Counted from the first letter of the whole stretch, positions 33,261 through 44,916 are shown. The stretch is 63,838 nt of DNA, filler included, from Thraustochytrium aureum (GCA_012862495.1; 8 parts of 3 records of this genome joined end to end with filler, not necessarily neighbours in it); one strand, 5' to 3'. Program-made: numbers and translations. The notes: generated by a model from the sequence alone, not told the origin.

Positions 33261-34436
33261 CTAGTGCGGGGCGGCGGCGGCGGACGCAGCAGCCCCACTG
33301 CCAGCACAGAGCATGAATCCGCGCTGGGCGGCCTCGATGCGCTCGTGCACGAGCGCCTCCATCTGGCCAAAGTGCGCCACCCACTCCTCGTGCTCGTCGT
33401 CAGGCAGCCCGAACTTGAGCGGCGCCCCGCCACCGAAGACCCAGCGCAGCGAAAACCAAGGGCGCGACTCGACCAGGCTCTCGTCGAGATAACTGAAGGC
33501 GAGCCGGTGGTTTGCGTTTTCGCCCAAGATCTGCGCCATGTCGTCCATGAACGCTTCAGCAAACTCGGGCTCCCAGTACTCGAGCTGGCTGTCGATCAGA
33601 AAGAGTGTGCTTTGTGAGAGGTCGAAACCCGCCATCTCCAAGTCGTCCATCCAGTCAAAGTTGCCCCCGAGCGGCTTGCGCGCCGCAACAAAGCTGACGT
33701 GGCGAAATGGCACGCCAGCGAGCTTGAAAAGGCGCCTCTTACCATTGTGGAGCGCCTTGTCGCTCAGCTCGAATATGTTGGTCGTCTCGTTGTGGAGAAA
33801 CGCTTCGTTTACGGCGTACGTGGAGAGCCCGCCTCCCAGCACGACGACCTGCTTGACTGCAGAGGTCCGGAGCGCCTCGTCGAAAAACGACAGCGAAGAC
33901 ATGATCAGCTGCAGCTTGCCTTGCGCCTCCAGGCAGACCTGGTGCTCGATACGGAACTGGGTCAGCATCCGTGCGAAACTCAAGTACAGCCGCAAGGGAA
34001 CCAGAAACCAAAGGCTGTTGCCCGGCATGGCCTCAAATAGCTTGACGCCGGGCTCGTCACTGCGAAACCCGAGCCAGTGGTAGGCCCACACTGCGAACGC
34101 GTTGACGTAGAGCGAGCTGGTCAGGAACGCAAACCCTTTCCGCTCTCGCGTCCGCTGGTAGGACAAATAGAGCCCCACGGCCGCGGGGGCCAGCACTGGA
34201 AGTAATAACACAACAAACGCTACCATTCGGCGTCGTTGCAGCGCTTCGCGCTTCTTCCGCAGCGAAATGGCGTCGTCGACAATCGGCTCGGCGCCGCCGC
34301 CGCCGCTGTCGCCGCCCGAGCTGCTCGCCGCCCGCCGCACGTCAGGGCGCCTTCTAACCTTGCTCGCGGACCTCGCTCCCGCATTCATCGCGTCGGGTGC
34401 AAGCGCGTCCTTGCGCGCCGTGCGTCGGCGAGTCAT
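33261..34436 (-). CDS. Membrane-anchored LCM/Ppm1-like SAM-dependent methyltransferase-fold protein (degenerate motifs)
   Basis: FFDEAL...QVVVLGGGLST, IFEL, L..AGFDLSQSTLFLIDSQLEY, GAPLKFGL. 2-3 N-terminal TM helices. Confidence 0.7.
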   Translation of the reverse strand: MTRRRTARKDALAPDAMNAGARSASKVRRRPDVRRAASSSGGDSGGGGAEPIVDDAISLRKKREALQRRRMVAFVVLLLPVLAPAAVGLYLSYQRTRERKGFAFLTSSLYVNAFAVWAYHWLGFRSDEPGVKLFEAMPGNSLWFLVPLRLYLSFARMLTQFRIEHQVCLEAQGKLQLIMSSLSFFDEALRTSAVKQVVVLGGGLSTYAVNEAFLHNETTNIFELSDKALHNGKRRLFKLAGVPFRHVSFVAARKPLGGNFDWMDDLEMAGFDLSQSTLFLIDSQLEYWEPEFAEAFMDDMAQILGENANHRLAFSYLDESLVESRPWFSLRWVFGGGAPLKFGLPDDEHEEWVAHFGQMEALVHERIEAAQRGFMLCAGSGAAASAAAAPH

Positions 34437-34696
34437 CCCGCGCAGCAGCGCAGACGCGACGACGGGAACGCCAGCGCAATACCAGCGAGCGCCCGTCCGC
34501 CGTCGCGCTCCAGGCCGTCGCGCGGCGACCGCCTCGCCGACAGAGACCCGAGAGACTCGTCGCACGTGGCGCCGTTCGGCCTCGCGCTCTGCTGGCGCGC
34601 ACTCTGCCTGCCTGCCTGCCTGGCTGCCTGCCTCTGCCTGGCACGCGCGCGCACGAGGCGCTTCGTTTCTGTTCTGGTGCAATCGAGACACACTTT

Positions 34697-34913
34697 GCGG
34701 GTTCCCCTTTTCCCCACTTGAATTCCGCACAGTGGCCTCTGTGAAGCTGGATGCTATGTTAGCGGATTCCCATTACGTCACTTGGATTTACGAGTCTTCA
34801 CTGAGGCAACAGTGTGCTGTGGAGGTGCGCGCGGGTTTCGTCGATGGATTCACCCGCAGCGCAGAGTCGTTTCGCAGGGCGCGCGGGTTCCCATTACCCC
34901 CCACTCGGATTTA
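34697..34913. promoter_or_regulatory. Three copies of a ~30-bp element (GCGGRTTCCC..CACTYGRATT) in a divergent promoter
   Basis: Copies at 34697, 34762 and 34883, between the divergent methyltransferase-like and UNC-45 genes. The regulatory role is inferred. Confidence 0.45.
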
Positions 34914-35317
34914 TCTTTAGCGAAAATGCTTGTTTTGAATTCGCTTGAATTGGTCACCTGAATTCCCCGCAAGAGTCCCGGCAGGAGATTTTCAAGAAGA
35001 CGTCGAGCAGCAGCAGGAGGCGCAGGAGGGGGAGGGGAGGAGCAGAGCCCAAGCGCGGCGAGCAGCGGCGAGGCAGGCTAGGAGGCGGAGAGCGGGTGCT
35101 GGCGGAGTGCGCCGTGGCGGTGGAGGGCAGCGTGCGGAGGCCAGGACGCGCTCTTGGCGCGCCGGCGCTGTCGCGGCGCGGAGCAGCGCGAGCGCCAGGT
35201 TGGCGGGTAAGCCCAAGCAGCGGAAAATCCGCTGCGCGCCTCCGGCTTGTGAAGGCGCGCCGTGACGGGCGGCGGTCGACGCGCCGCTAGAGAATACGCG
35301 GGGCTCCCGGTCGCGCG

Positions 35318-38150
35318 ATGGATCTCAAGGACCACGGCAACGAGTTGTTCAAGGCAGGCAAGCTCCAAGATGCCTGCACCGTGTACACGGACGCGCTGCG
35401 AAAACTCGAAGGCGACGAGGAGCACAAGGCGCTCACCGCGACGCTACGGAGCAACAGAGCAGCGTGCTGGCTCAAGCTTGGAAAGCCAGAGCTCTGCGTG
35501 GAAGACTGCTCCAAAGCGCTCGAGCAGGACCCTGCCAATGTGAAAATCCTCTACCGGCGCGCGCAAGCAGAAGTGGAACTAAAGCACGTCGAGCCTGCCT
35601 ACCGAGACCTGCGACTCTTGCTCGAGATCGACAAGGACAACAAGGCGGCCGTCGCTCTGATGAAAAAGGTTCGCGCTGTTGCGCAAGACCTCAACTCGAC
35701 GACGACGCAGGCCATGGACGTCCTTGACGCTGCACTCGGCGCCGCAAGCGCTGCTGAACGAACGAGCAAACTGCGGCAAGTCCTGGGCTCCATCCTCGAG
35801 GACGAGCATCTAGCGAAAGCGATCGCGAGCAAAGGGGCCTGCGAAAAGCTTTGGGCCATGCGCGAGAGCGACGCGATGGCGCTCAAAGTGCTGAGCAAGA
35901 TGGCCGAGTATGACGGCTGCTTTCGCGCGGTCCTTGAGTGCCTCAGCGGCGACGAGCTGGCCAAAATGGTTTCCCAGGACTCTGAGGAGTCGCTTGACGC
36001 ACCCGCAGCAGCGCTCAACATCATGTGGCGCCTCGTTTTGCACGAGGACGATGTCGCAAACGCGGGGGCAAAGGCGGAAGGCGCCGCGGCCGAGCCAGTC
36101 GAGCGCAAACTGGACGTGATCGCCGTGATCGGAGTGCTTGTGGAAGCCCTGCGGTCCGAAAACGACTCGCTTCGGCGAATCGCAGTCGAGGGCTCCGTGC
36201 GCCTCTGCACCAACGACAAGGACAGGGCCCGCGCGTTCGTGGAGGCCGAAGGGCTGGCTGCACTTATGACGATGATTTCGCGCGACTTTAGACGCGACGA
36301 GCCGATGCAGCAGGTCTCCGTGGTGCTTGGCCAGGTTCTGCCGTCGCTCAAGGATGACGACCTAATCAAGGCCCAGGCGGTGGCCTTCTGCAAGCCCTAC
36401 CTCACCTCCGACGACGTCCACGACCAGATCAAGGGCGCCGCCGGACTCGACGCCATATTCTTCGCCAACAAAGAGCTGGGCCTTGCGCTTGTCAAGGAAG
36501 AGGCCCTCCTCGACGTGCTGATGCGCATTGCCAGGTTTGGCAGCGAGCGGGCCCAGGCGCTCACGGCCGAGATCTTCTCTCACCTGGCCAACACCGAGGA
36601 CGGGCGCAACATGCTTGCCGGGCCGCCGACGGACATGCTAAAGCTTCTGGCAGCCTCGGACGGCGGCCCGGTGCGGTCTGCTGCAGCCGTCGCCCTTGCC
36701 AAGCTGAACGCAATCGACTTTAATGCAGAGTCTGAAAACGGCATGCTTGTACTCAGCTCAGTGGTGAGCCTCCTGGACGTCAAGGCAAGCAAGGAGGAGC
36801 ATGCCAAGGGCGTTGAGGCGGTCTCGTTCGTGATCAACGACTCGCAGGTCAAGATGATGTTCATCAAGGGCGAGGGGCTCAAGGTGCTCCGCGAGCTGGT
36901 CAAGCTTGGCACGGAGAACGCCAAGGAGGCGTACGGGTACGGGATCGCCTTTGTACTGGAAAACCTCACCACCTCTCTCGACGACAAGCGCCGCGAGAAG
37001 CTGCGCGAGATGGAGGTCTCCGAGGAGCAGTGGGAGCAGTTCGAAAAGCTGACCAAGAGCCAGACCCGCAAGCCAGGCCAAGAGGACCCGCGCGAGAACG
37101 TCGCGATGCGCATCAAGGTCCTCGTCGAGGTTGGGGGCGTCGGCGCCTTGCGCGCGCTTGCGCTCGGCAGCACCAGCGACCGCGTCTGGGAGGCCTGCGC
37201 TCGCACGCTCTGCAATGTAGCCACCGTGCAGGACGTGCGGCGCCAGATCATCGCGCAGGGCGGCCTGCGCGCTCTGTTCAAGCTCGCCAGCGTCGACGGC
37301 AACAAAACCAAGCAGTTTGCGGCGCATGCACTGGCCAAGATCTTTGTCACCACGGACCCGCACGTGCTCAAGGATGAGCAGCTCATGGACACGATCGGCC
37401 CGCTCGTGCGCCAAGTGCGGCACTGCGACGAGGACCTCGTGATCTTCGAATGCTGCATGGCCCTAACGAACATCGCTACGGTGAGCTTTGAGGCCAAGCA
37501 AAAGATGGTCAACGCCAAGGCCATCCCCGCCTTTGAGTACGCGCAGTACTCTGACAACCTCATGGTTCGCCGCGCCGCCACTGAGGCGATCAACAACTTG
37601 ATTCCGACGGAGGAGGTGATCGNNNNNNNNNNNNNNNNNNNNNNNNNNNNNNNNNNNNNNNNNNNNNNNNNNNNNNNNNNNNNNNNNNNNNNNNNNNNNN
37701 NNNNNNNNNNNNNNNNNNNNNNNNNNNNNNNNNNNNNNNNNNNNNNNNNNNNNNNNNNNNNNNNNNNNNNNNNNNNNNNNNNNNNNNNNNNNNNNNCTCA
37801 AGCTTTGGCTCCTGTTTGCGCAGGCTTGGGACGAGGACGCGCCCACGGCCTGTGCTGCTGCCGGGGCCCTCGCCAACCTGGCGGGCGACGAGCGCGTCGC
37901 CAAGGCCTTGGCAGACCAGGAGGAGAACGCGCTGGCCAAGCTGGTCGAGCTGGCGACCTGCTCCAACCTGGACATTGTCCACCGAGTGGTGGTCTGCTTG
38001 CTGTGTCTGGTCGAGTCGTGGCCGGAAGGCAAGGGGAAGGAGGCGATGCTCAAGGCTGGGGTCGACAAGGCGATGACGCAGGTGCTCGCGACGTTTCCCG
38101 AGAGCTCTGCGGCGCCAGTGGCCAAGGAGTGCCTCGAGGCTCTCAGCTAG
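35318..38150 (+). CDS. UNC45: UNC-45 myosin chaperone (TPR + ARM central + UCS domain); gap 37623-37796
   Basis: N-terminal TPR (LKDHGNELFKAG, LRSNRAACWLKL, KILYRRAQA). UCS motifs IIAQGGLRAL, AAHALAKI, FECCMALTNIA, MVRRAATEAINNL. Confidence 0.92.
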
Positions 38151-38410
38151 CTGCTGATTGCATGCGGGGGAGGGGCGGCTCGGAGAGGCTGGCCGCGCCT
38201 GGCGCTGCGCGCGGGGCCCAGAGGCCGGCGTGCCACGAGGCGTGCAAGTGTGCAGGCAACTTTTTAAAAGTGCTCGAGGAGGAAAACCAAACCACATCCA
38301 TCTTTGATCCCTTTTTTGCGGCGAGCTACTTGTCAGCGGACGGCGAGTCGAGGCGGGCTGAGTTGGCCTGCGGCTGGCGCTGCAGCAATCGCATCCTCGA
38401 GGCGCCGCCA

Positions 38411-38956
38411 TCACGAGGACCCAGTTAGGGTTTGTGCGACCCAGTCTAGGCCCTCGTTAAGGCCCTGTCCTGTCAGCGCACAGCATCCCTCGATGTGCCA
38501 TGCGCGGCCCTTGATGTCGTGCAGCTCTAGAGCAGCGCTGATCTCGGCCGCGCTCATGGCGTTTTTCATGTCCTGTTTGTTGGCCAGCACAAGTATGATG
38601 GCTTTTGCAAGGTCATCATTCGTGAGAAGCAGTTTGAGCTCCTTCTTGACCACGTTGATCCTGTCCCGCTCCGTGCTGTCCACAACCAGGAGCACCGCCT
38701 GCGTGTTGCCAAAGTAAGTGGCCCATGTTTTGCGCAGCGACTCTTGGCCACCGAGGTCCCAGCACTGGAAGCGCACTTTCCCCCGGCGCACCTCCTCCAC
38801 GTTGGACCCGATCGTGGGCTGCGTGCTCACCACCTCGCCGAGGTGCAGCTGGTACAACGTGGTCGTCTTGCCAGCATTGTTCAGCCCAACGATGATCACC
38901 TTGACCTCCTGCTCGCCTTGGAACAGGCTCTGCCACATGGACAGCACAATCCCCAT
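38411..38956 (-). CDS. ARL5: ADP-ribosylation factor-like GTPase 5
   Basis: MG start, GLNNAGKTT, PTIGSNVEE, WDLGGQESLR.TW.TY, NKQD, CCALTG. Confidence 0.93.
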   Translation of the reverse strand: MGIVLSMWQSLFQGEQEVKVIIVGLNNAGKTTTLYQLHLGEVVSTQPTIGSNVEEVRRGKVRFQCWDLGGQESLRKTWATYFGNTQAVLLVVDSTERDRINVVKKELKLLLTNDDLAKAIILVLANKQDMKNAMSAAEISAALELHDIKGRAWHIEGCCALTGQGLNEGLDWVAQTLTGSS

Positions 38957-39658
38957 CGCGCCGGNNNNNNNNNNNNNNNNNNNNNNNNNNNNNNNNNNNN
39001 NNNNNNNNNNNNNNNNNNNNNNNNNNNNNNNNNNNNNNNNNNNNNNNNNNNNNNNNNNNNNNNNNNNNNNNNNNNNNNNNNNNNNNNNNNNNNNNNNNNN
39101 NNNNNNNNNNNNNNNNNNNNNNNNNNNNNNNNNNNNNNNNNNNNNNNNNNNNNNNNNNNNNNNNNNNNNNNNNNNNNNNNNNNNNNNNNNNNNNNNNNNN
39201 NNNNNNNNNNNNNNNNNNNNNNNNNNNNNNNNNNNNNNNNNNNNNNNNNNNNNNNNNNNNNNNNNNNNNNNNNNNNNNNNNNNNNNNNNNNNNNNNNNNN
39301 NNNNNNNNNNNNNNNNNNNNNNNNNNNNNNNNNNNNNNNNNNNNNNNNNNNNNNNNNNNNNNNNNNNNNNNNNNNNNNNNNNNNNNNNNNNNNNNNNNNN
39401 NNNNNNNNNNNNNNNNNNNNNNNNNNNNNNNNNNNNNNNNNNNNNNNNNNNNNNNNNNNNNNNNNNNNNNNNNNNNNNNNNNNNNNNNNNNNNNNNNNNN
39501 NNNNNNNNNNNNNNNNNNNNNNNNNNNNNNNNNNNNNNNNNNNNNNNNNNNNNNNNNNNNNNNNNNNNNNNNNNNNNNNNNNNNNNNNNNNNNNNNNNNN
39601 NNNNNNNNNNNNNNNNNNNNNNNNNNNNNNNNNNNNNNNNNNNNNNNNNNNNNNNNNN

Positions 39659-39844
39659 CACTACAACGAGGGCAATGGCGGCTGGAAAGGAGGCTTCGTG
39701 AGCAAGCGCGGCAACTTTATCAAGGACGCCACCAAGATGCGGTACTTGCAGGTTCCCGATCTGAGCGACTTCAAGCTGACACCGTACGTGGCGCGCGACA
39801 CGCCCAAGATAACTGTGGCGCCGCCAGAGCTGCCGCGGGTGTAA
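39659..39844 (+). CDS. MRPL41: Mitochondrial ribosomal protein mL41, 3' part
   Basis: YNEGNGGWKGGFVSKRGNF...VPDLSDFKLTPYVA matches the VPDL..FKLKPYV signature. The 5' end lies in the gap. Confidence 0.85.
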   Translation, partial: HYNEGNGGWKGGFVSKRGNFIKDATKMRYLQVPDLSDFKLTPYVARDTPKITVAPPELPRV

Positions 39845-39962
39845 CGCGACCCCCTCCCGCGGCCGCGGCCGCGACAACACTTTTCGATTTGATTGAACTC
39901 ATCTGAAACTAGCCCGGTTATCCCAGAGAACACACACACACACACCCGTCTCGCACCCGCGC

Positions 39963-41044
39963 TCAAGCGGCGTCCTTGAGCTTGAACCTTTTCTTGCTCT
40001 TCACGCGCTTGGCCGTCGTGTCGTCGTAGTTTAGCTTGAGATGCACATACGTGCAAAGGATGACCGTGTTGTTTTCAATGCTCTCGCGCGTTTCGGAGAG
40101 GAAAATAAGCTGCTCGCCCGACTTGGGGCGCGTCGGGTCGTCGTGGTTGTAAAAGCGCACCACGTCCTCGCGCGACTCGGGCGTCAGTTTGGTGTTTTCG
40201 GGTCGCTCAAAATCTCGACGATGCTGTTGGGCATTGCTCCGGGAGGCGGCGTTCGCGGCGCCAGCTGGTGGCTTACTTCGGGGAGGCTCAGCATCTTCAT
40301 CGAGTGCTTGCGCTGGAACTTGCCCTTGTCGACGGATGAGACCGCTTCAAGAATCTTTTTCTGCGTGTCGCTCGCTGGTGCGGCGCTGCCCGGACTTTTC
40401 TGCGCCGCATTCGAATCGCTCTCGACAGGGGCCGACGCGACCGCTGCATTCGAAGTAGGCCCAGCTATGATCCTCTCGCCGCCGGCCATGATGACTAGCG
40501 TGCGATCACGGCTGCGCGGCGTGAAGTGCGGATTGGCGTCCACGACCCGGATCCCCGACGGAATCAGGTCCGGGTGCATGAATGGCCACTCGAGCGGCAC
40601 AAAGTCGGCTGTGAGCCGCTCTTCCTCGTCATAGGCCCCCCCTGTTGACGAGTCGGAGGACCTCGCTGCCTGAAGGTGCTTGAGCACCTCGCCAACCGAG
40701 TAGTCGAAAAAGTCGACTTGGTCGGCCCCGCCGTCGCGCCCCGCCGGGGCGGCGGCGGCGGCGTCCTCTTCCCTCAGAGGCACGCCTATGTCGACGCGGG
40801 ACGGCAAGCGCTTGCGCACGAGCGCCAGGACGAGCCGCACCCAGTCCTCGCGGTCTGCTGCGGCGGCGTGTAGGAGCGCCTCTATGCTGGACCACATCTC
40901 CCTCAGCTGCGGCACGGACAGCGAGAGCAGCGAGAGAAGAAGGCGGACGCGGATGCCAATTTCAAGGGTTCCAAACTCCTTGCTGGCGAACTCGAGCCGC
41001 TCTGCCGTCACATACGGCACAAACTCCGGCGCGCTCCACTCGCT
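39963..41044 (-). CDS. NELFA: Negative elongation factor A (NELF-A)-like protein; 5' end in gap, homopolymer frameshift ~40195
   Basis: N-terminal EWSAPEF...RVRLLLSLL...AAADREDWVRLV and FVPLEWPFM...PHF. C-terminal TKLTPESREDVVRF...IFLSETRE...LKLNYDDTTAKRVK. Both resemble the conserved NELF-A domains. Confidence 0.72.
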
Positions 41045-41686
41045 NNNNNNNNNNNNNNNNNNNNNNNNNNNNNNNNNNNNNNNNNNNNNNNNNNNNNNNN
41101 NNNNNNNNNNNNNNNNNNNNNNNNNNNNNNNNNNNNNNNNNNNNNNNNNNNNNNNNNNNNNNNNNNNNNNNNNNNNNNNNNNNNNNNNNNNNNNNNNNNN
41201 NNNNNNNNNNNNNNNNNNNNNNNNNNNNNNNNNNNNNNNNNNNNNNNNNNNNNNNNNNNNNNNNNNNNNNNNNNNNNNNNNNNNNNNNNNNNNNNNNNNN
41301 NNNNNNNNNNNNNNNNNNNNNNNNNNNNNNNNNNNNNNNNNNNNNNNNNNNNNNNNNNNNNNNNNNNNNNNNNNNNNNNNNNNNNNNNNNNNNNNNNNNN
41401 NNNNNNNNNNNNNNNNNNNNNNNNNNNNNNNNNNNNNNNNNNNNNNNNNNNNNNNNNNNNNNNNNNNNNNNNNNNNNNNNNNNNNNNNNNNNNNNNNNNN
41501 NNNNNNNNNNNNNNNNNNNNNNNNNNNNNNNNNNNNNNNNNNNNNNNNNNNNNNNNNNNNNNNNNNNNNNNNNNNNNNNNNNNNNNNNNNNNNNNNNNNN
41601 NNNNNNNNNNNNNNNNNNNNNNNGCGGGAGCGGCGGCGGCGGGCCTTCGGGCGGCGTGGCCGGTGCAGCGGCTCGGCGTGGAGCGG

Positions 41687-44673
41687 CTAGGCTGGTGGAG
41701 CGGCCTGGCGCGCGCCGGCGAGCTTGAGGACGCGCTGCGCGGAGAGGAAGACCAGGCCGAGCGCGTGCAGCGCGACGTCAGAGCTCGCGACGGCGTGGCG
41801 CGAGCCGAGGTCGAAGACGAGGCGGCTTTGCGACTCGAGGTTGGGCGGGCGCGAGCAAATGACGCAGTACGTGAAGATGGCGATCATGTCGCGCTTGCGG
41901 GGGATGAGCCGCCCGCGGTCCGAGACCGCCGCGCGGACGCTGACCGCGCCGGCCGCGTCGGTTTCGTATGTGGGCCGCGCGTAGTGCCGAATCACCGCGT
42001 CCACGCAGTACTGGTGCGCCTGCGCCAAAAGACAGATCTTGCTCGCGGGCGACCGCGCGGAGAGCCAGACTGAAGCCAGCATCTCGATCGCCTGCGCGTA
42101 CGGCGCCTCTGGCTCGGCAGGGGGGGCCTGGCGGGACGCAGAGGGCGGCTCAGAGCCGCCTCGAGCCGCTCCGCGGACGCGCGGGTTGGTGACACCGAGC
42201 TGGAAGAACGGGGCCACGCCGATCAAATCCATCAGCTCTGCAACGGGCAGCGCGCCAAGGACCTCGCAAGCCTCTGCGATGCGGAGGTCTGCCTCGCCGT
42301 ACAGCGACCCGAAGGCGAGAAACAGGCTGTCCAGCAGCGGGTCGATGATCGTGTCCTCAATGCAGGTCCTCACGACCAGCATGACGTCGTTGGTGTGCCG
42401 CGGGATCTCGCCCCCTCGCCTGCTATCTTGCACGCGCCCGTGGGACGTGTCGCCGGCGACGTCGCGAACTTTGGCGCCCATCAACACAGGGTACTTCCAG
42501 ATCACGCACCTCGAGAGCGCAGACATGAACTGGCAGAGGTCTGCAACCGCGGCGCGAAGCTCGGCCCGACGGGTCTGCGCGGCCTCCTCGCCTGCGCCCG
42601 GGGGCAACGGGACCAGAAGCGCATCGTGCAAGCTGAGAAAGATCCACCGAAAGTTGGACGAGGCCCTGCCGAGCGCGTAGGCGCACTGCGGCGTGGCCGT
42701 GTAGGAGAGGGCGACGTCCTGCGAGGGGATCTTCTTGACCATGTTGGAGAGCGCAGGCGACGCCGGGAGGCCGCGAAGCACGACGTTGAGGTATTGCCGG
42801 ACGAGCTCGCCGTTGATATTGCCGCGCAGCTTGAGCTGGCGGCTCACAACTGACGAGAAGGCGTCGTCTGCAGAAGCGGCGGGGTCGCGCCGCCCCTCCA
42901 CCTGGATTTCGCTGTCCACGCTAAAAATCGACAGCAGCGGATCCCACGACCCAGCGGCGGCGATTGCGTGCGCGACTTGGAGCGCAACTTGGTCGATCGG
43001 GGTGTCCCCGACCGAGTCCGGGGCCTCGACGCGGCGGAGCGCTCGCAAGTACGTGGCTACTTTGACGGCCAGCTCCTTCCCGAGGTGCGAGCCTTGCACG
43101 AGTTGGTTGCGCTCCTCTGTTGCGATGGCGAGGTCCTCGGCGCGCCGCCGCATTTGCCGCAACCGCGCCTCTGAGCTCATCCCGGACTTGAACACAGGGT
43201 TGGCGATCCGGTCGAGCTCTTTCAGCGAGTCTTGCACGCTTGTCTTGTGCCGAAGCGGGCTCTGTGCGGAAACGATGCCTGCTTCAATGATGCCCTCGTT
43301 CTTGATCGATGCGGGGCCTTGGTACCGCTCGCGAATGAGCTCGAGCCAGGACACAAACTGCTGCAGCGGGTCCTGCGCTACGGGGTCGCCTTGGCCACCC
43401 CCGTCGCTTCCACCACCTTGGCCTCCACCGGCAAGTTGCTCTGCGGCTGCTGCGGATTCAGCGACGCGGGCGGCGCTGGCGGCGTCGGAAGCTCGCTCGG
43501 CTTCCAGGCTTTGTGCAGATTGGGCCTGTAACTCTGAAGCCTCTTCGGCAAGCGCAGCTGCGAGTTGGTCAACCTGGTCCAGCTCGGCTTGAAGGTCGAT
43601 TGCGCTGGGTTGCACGCTGCCTTCAGCTTGCGCACAAGTTCCGGCCGTCCCGAGCATGGTGGACTTGATCCGGTTCACAACGTCTTCTTCGTCGCCGTCG
43701 CCGTCGTCGTTGTCGCTTCCACCTTGGTCGCCCGCGAACGTGTCGCCACATTCCTCGTTTTTGCTCTGGTCCGCGGTCTGATCGCCAGCTTCGGCTGCCT
43801 CTCGCTCGGCGTCGTCGAGCGCAGCCTGCAACCCCGCCCGCTGCTCTTCAGTGAGGTCCTCGCCTCCTTGTCCTTCGTCGTTGTCCTGTCTGAGCTCACT
43901 CTGCTCCAGCGGAGAGTCCGAGTCTACGTTGGCCTCGTCTGCGGGCGGTGGGTTTCCCGCGTCCGCAGCAGCGCTGCTGGACCGCCGAACAGGCTTGGAG
44001 GTCGGTGGGAGCGGGAGTTGTAGGTCGAGGAAATCGCCATCGTCTTCAAGTTCTCTTGAATCAGCGTGGGAGCCTTCGTCACTGTCGTTGGGTATGGCGC
44101 GCAAGCGGTCCCCTTCTGCCACAACTGGGTTTGGGCCGACTGCTGTATTCTCGGGAGGGGCTGGGGCGTTCTCGTGTCCTGCAGCGTCAGAATCGTCGGC
44201 GTGGCTTTCAGCGCCACTGCACTCCTCTTCTCCTTCGCCCTCCTCGTCGTCCAGCGTTCCAAGAAGGTCTTCGTCGATGTCGTACGAGCAGGAAGCTGGC
44301 AGGTCTGGCAGTGGCTGCGACAGCGGTGCGATGGCGCGCGGTTTTGCAACAGAGCTGTAGCTCGGAGGAGGGGGGGCGTGCGAAGCCGGACGCGGTGCGC
44401 TCATAGGTTTTGCACGATTCGGCGGGGGCGCCTCATACATATCATCTGTGGATCGCGTACTGGCTGAGCCATCGCTCTCGTGATCGTCGTCGGCGTTGCT
44501 GTCCGGGCCGTCACCAAGCACGTCGACTTGCATGTACGGGCTCTCAGCAACGGCGCCGGACGACATGTGCAGCATCCTCGAAGTCCCGTTACGCCACGTC
44601 GAATCGGCCTGGATGTGGACATCTTCTGCAGGCACGACCGCGACGGAGTCGCTCGGGTCTTCTACCTGAAGCA
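41687..44673 (-). CDS. VPS9-domain protein with long acidic disordered N-terminus (5' end probably truncated at scaffold end)
   Basis: PYAQAIEML...SPASKICLL...DMIAIFTYCVICSRPPNLESQ matches the VPS9 fold pattern. 982-aa ORF. Confidence 0.72.
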
Positions 44674-44773
44674 NNNNNNNNNNNNNNNNNNNNNNNNNNN
44701 NNNNNNNNNNNNNNNNNTTAATTAATTAANNNNNNNNNNNNNNNNNNNNNNNNNNNNNNNNNNNNNNNNNNNN
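44674..44773. other. Artificial scaffold-joining spacer
   Basis: 44N-TTAATTAATTAA-44N. Confidence 0.97.
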
Positions 44774-44825
44774 ATTGACGCAGGGCTGTGATGGCGTCGT
44801 GGCCGAGGTCGAGGACGCTCGCTCG

Positions 44826-44916
44826 CTCGACCATACCTACCTACGGACCCTCGGGGCGCCGTTGCCTCGTCTCGACCATGCCTACGGACTCTCGGAGCGC
44901 CGTTGCCTCGTCTCGA
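44826..44916. repeat. ~41-45 bp tandem duplication
   Basis: ctcgacca..cctacgga.(c/t)ctcgg.gcgccgttgcctcgt occurs twice, plus a partial third copy. Confidence 0.75.

Noticed and set aside
9767..38150. Apparent proteostasis cluster (RPT3, GET4, BAG6-like, PITH, SPCS1, UNC-45)
   Set aside because: The genes are spread over three separate scaffolds and interleaved with unrelated genes. Only the GET4/BAG6-like pair was kept.
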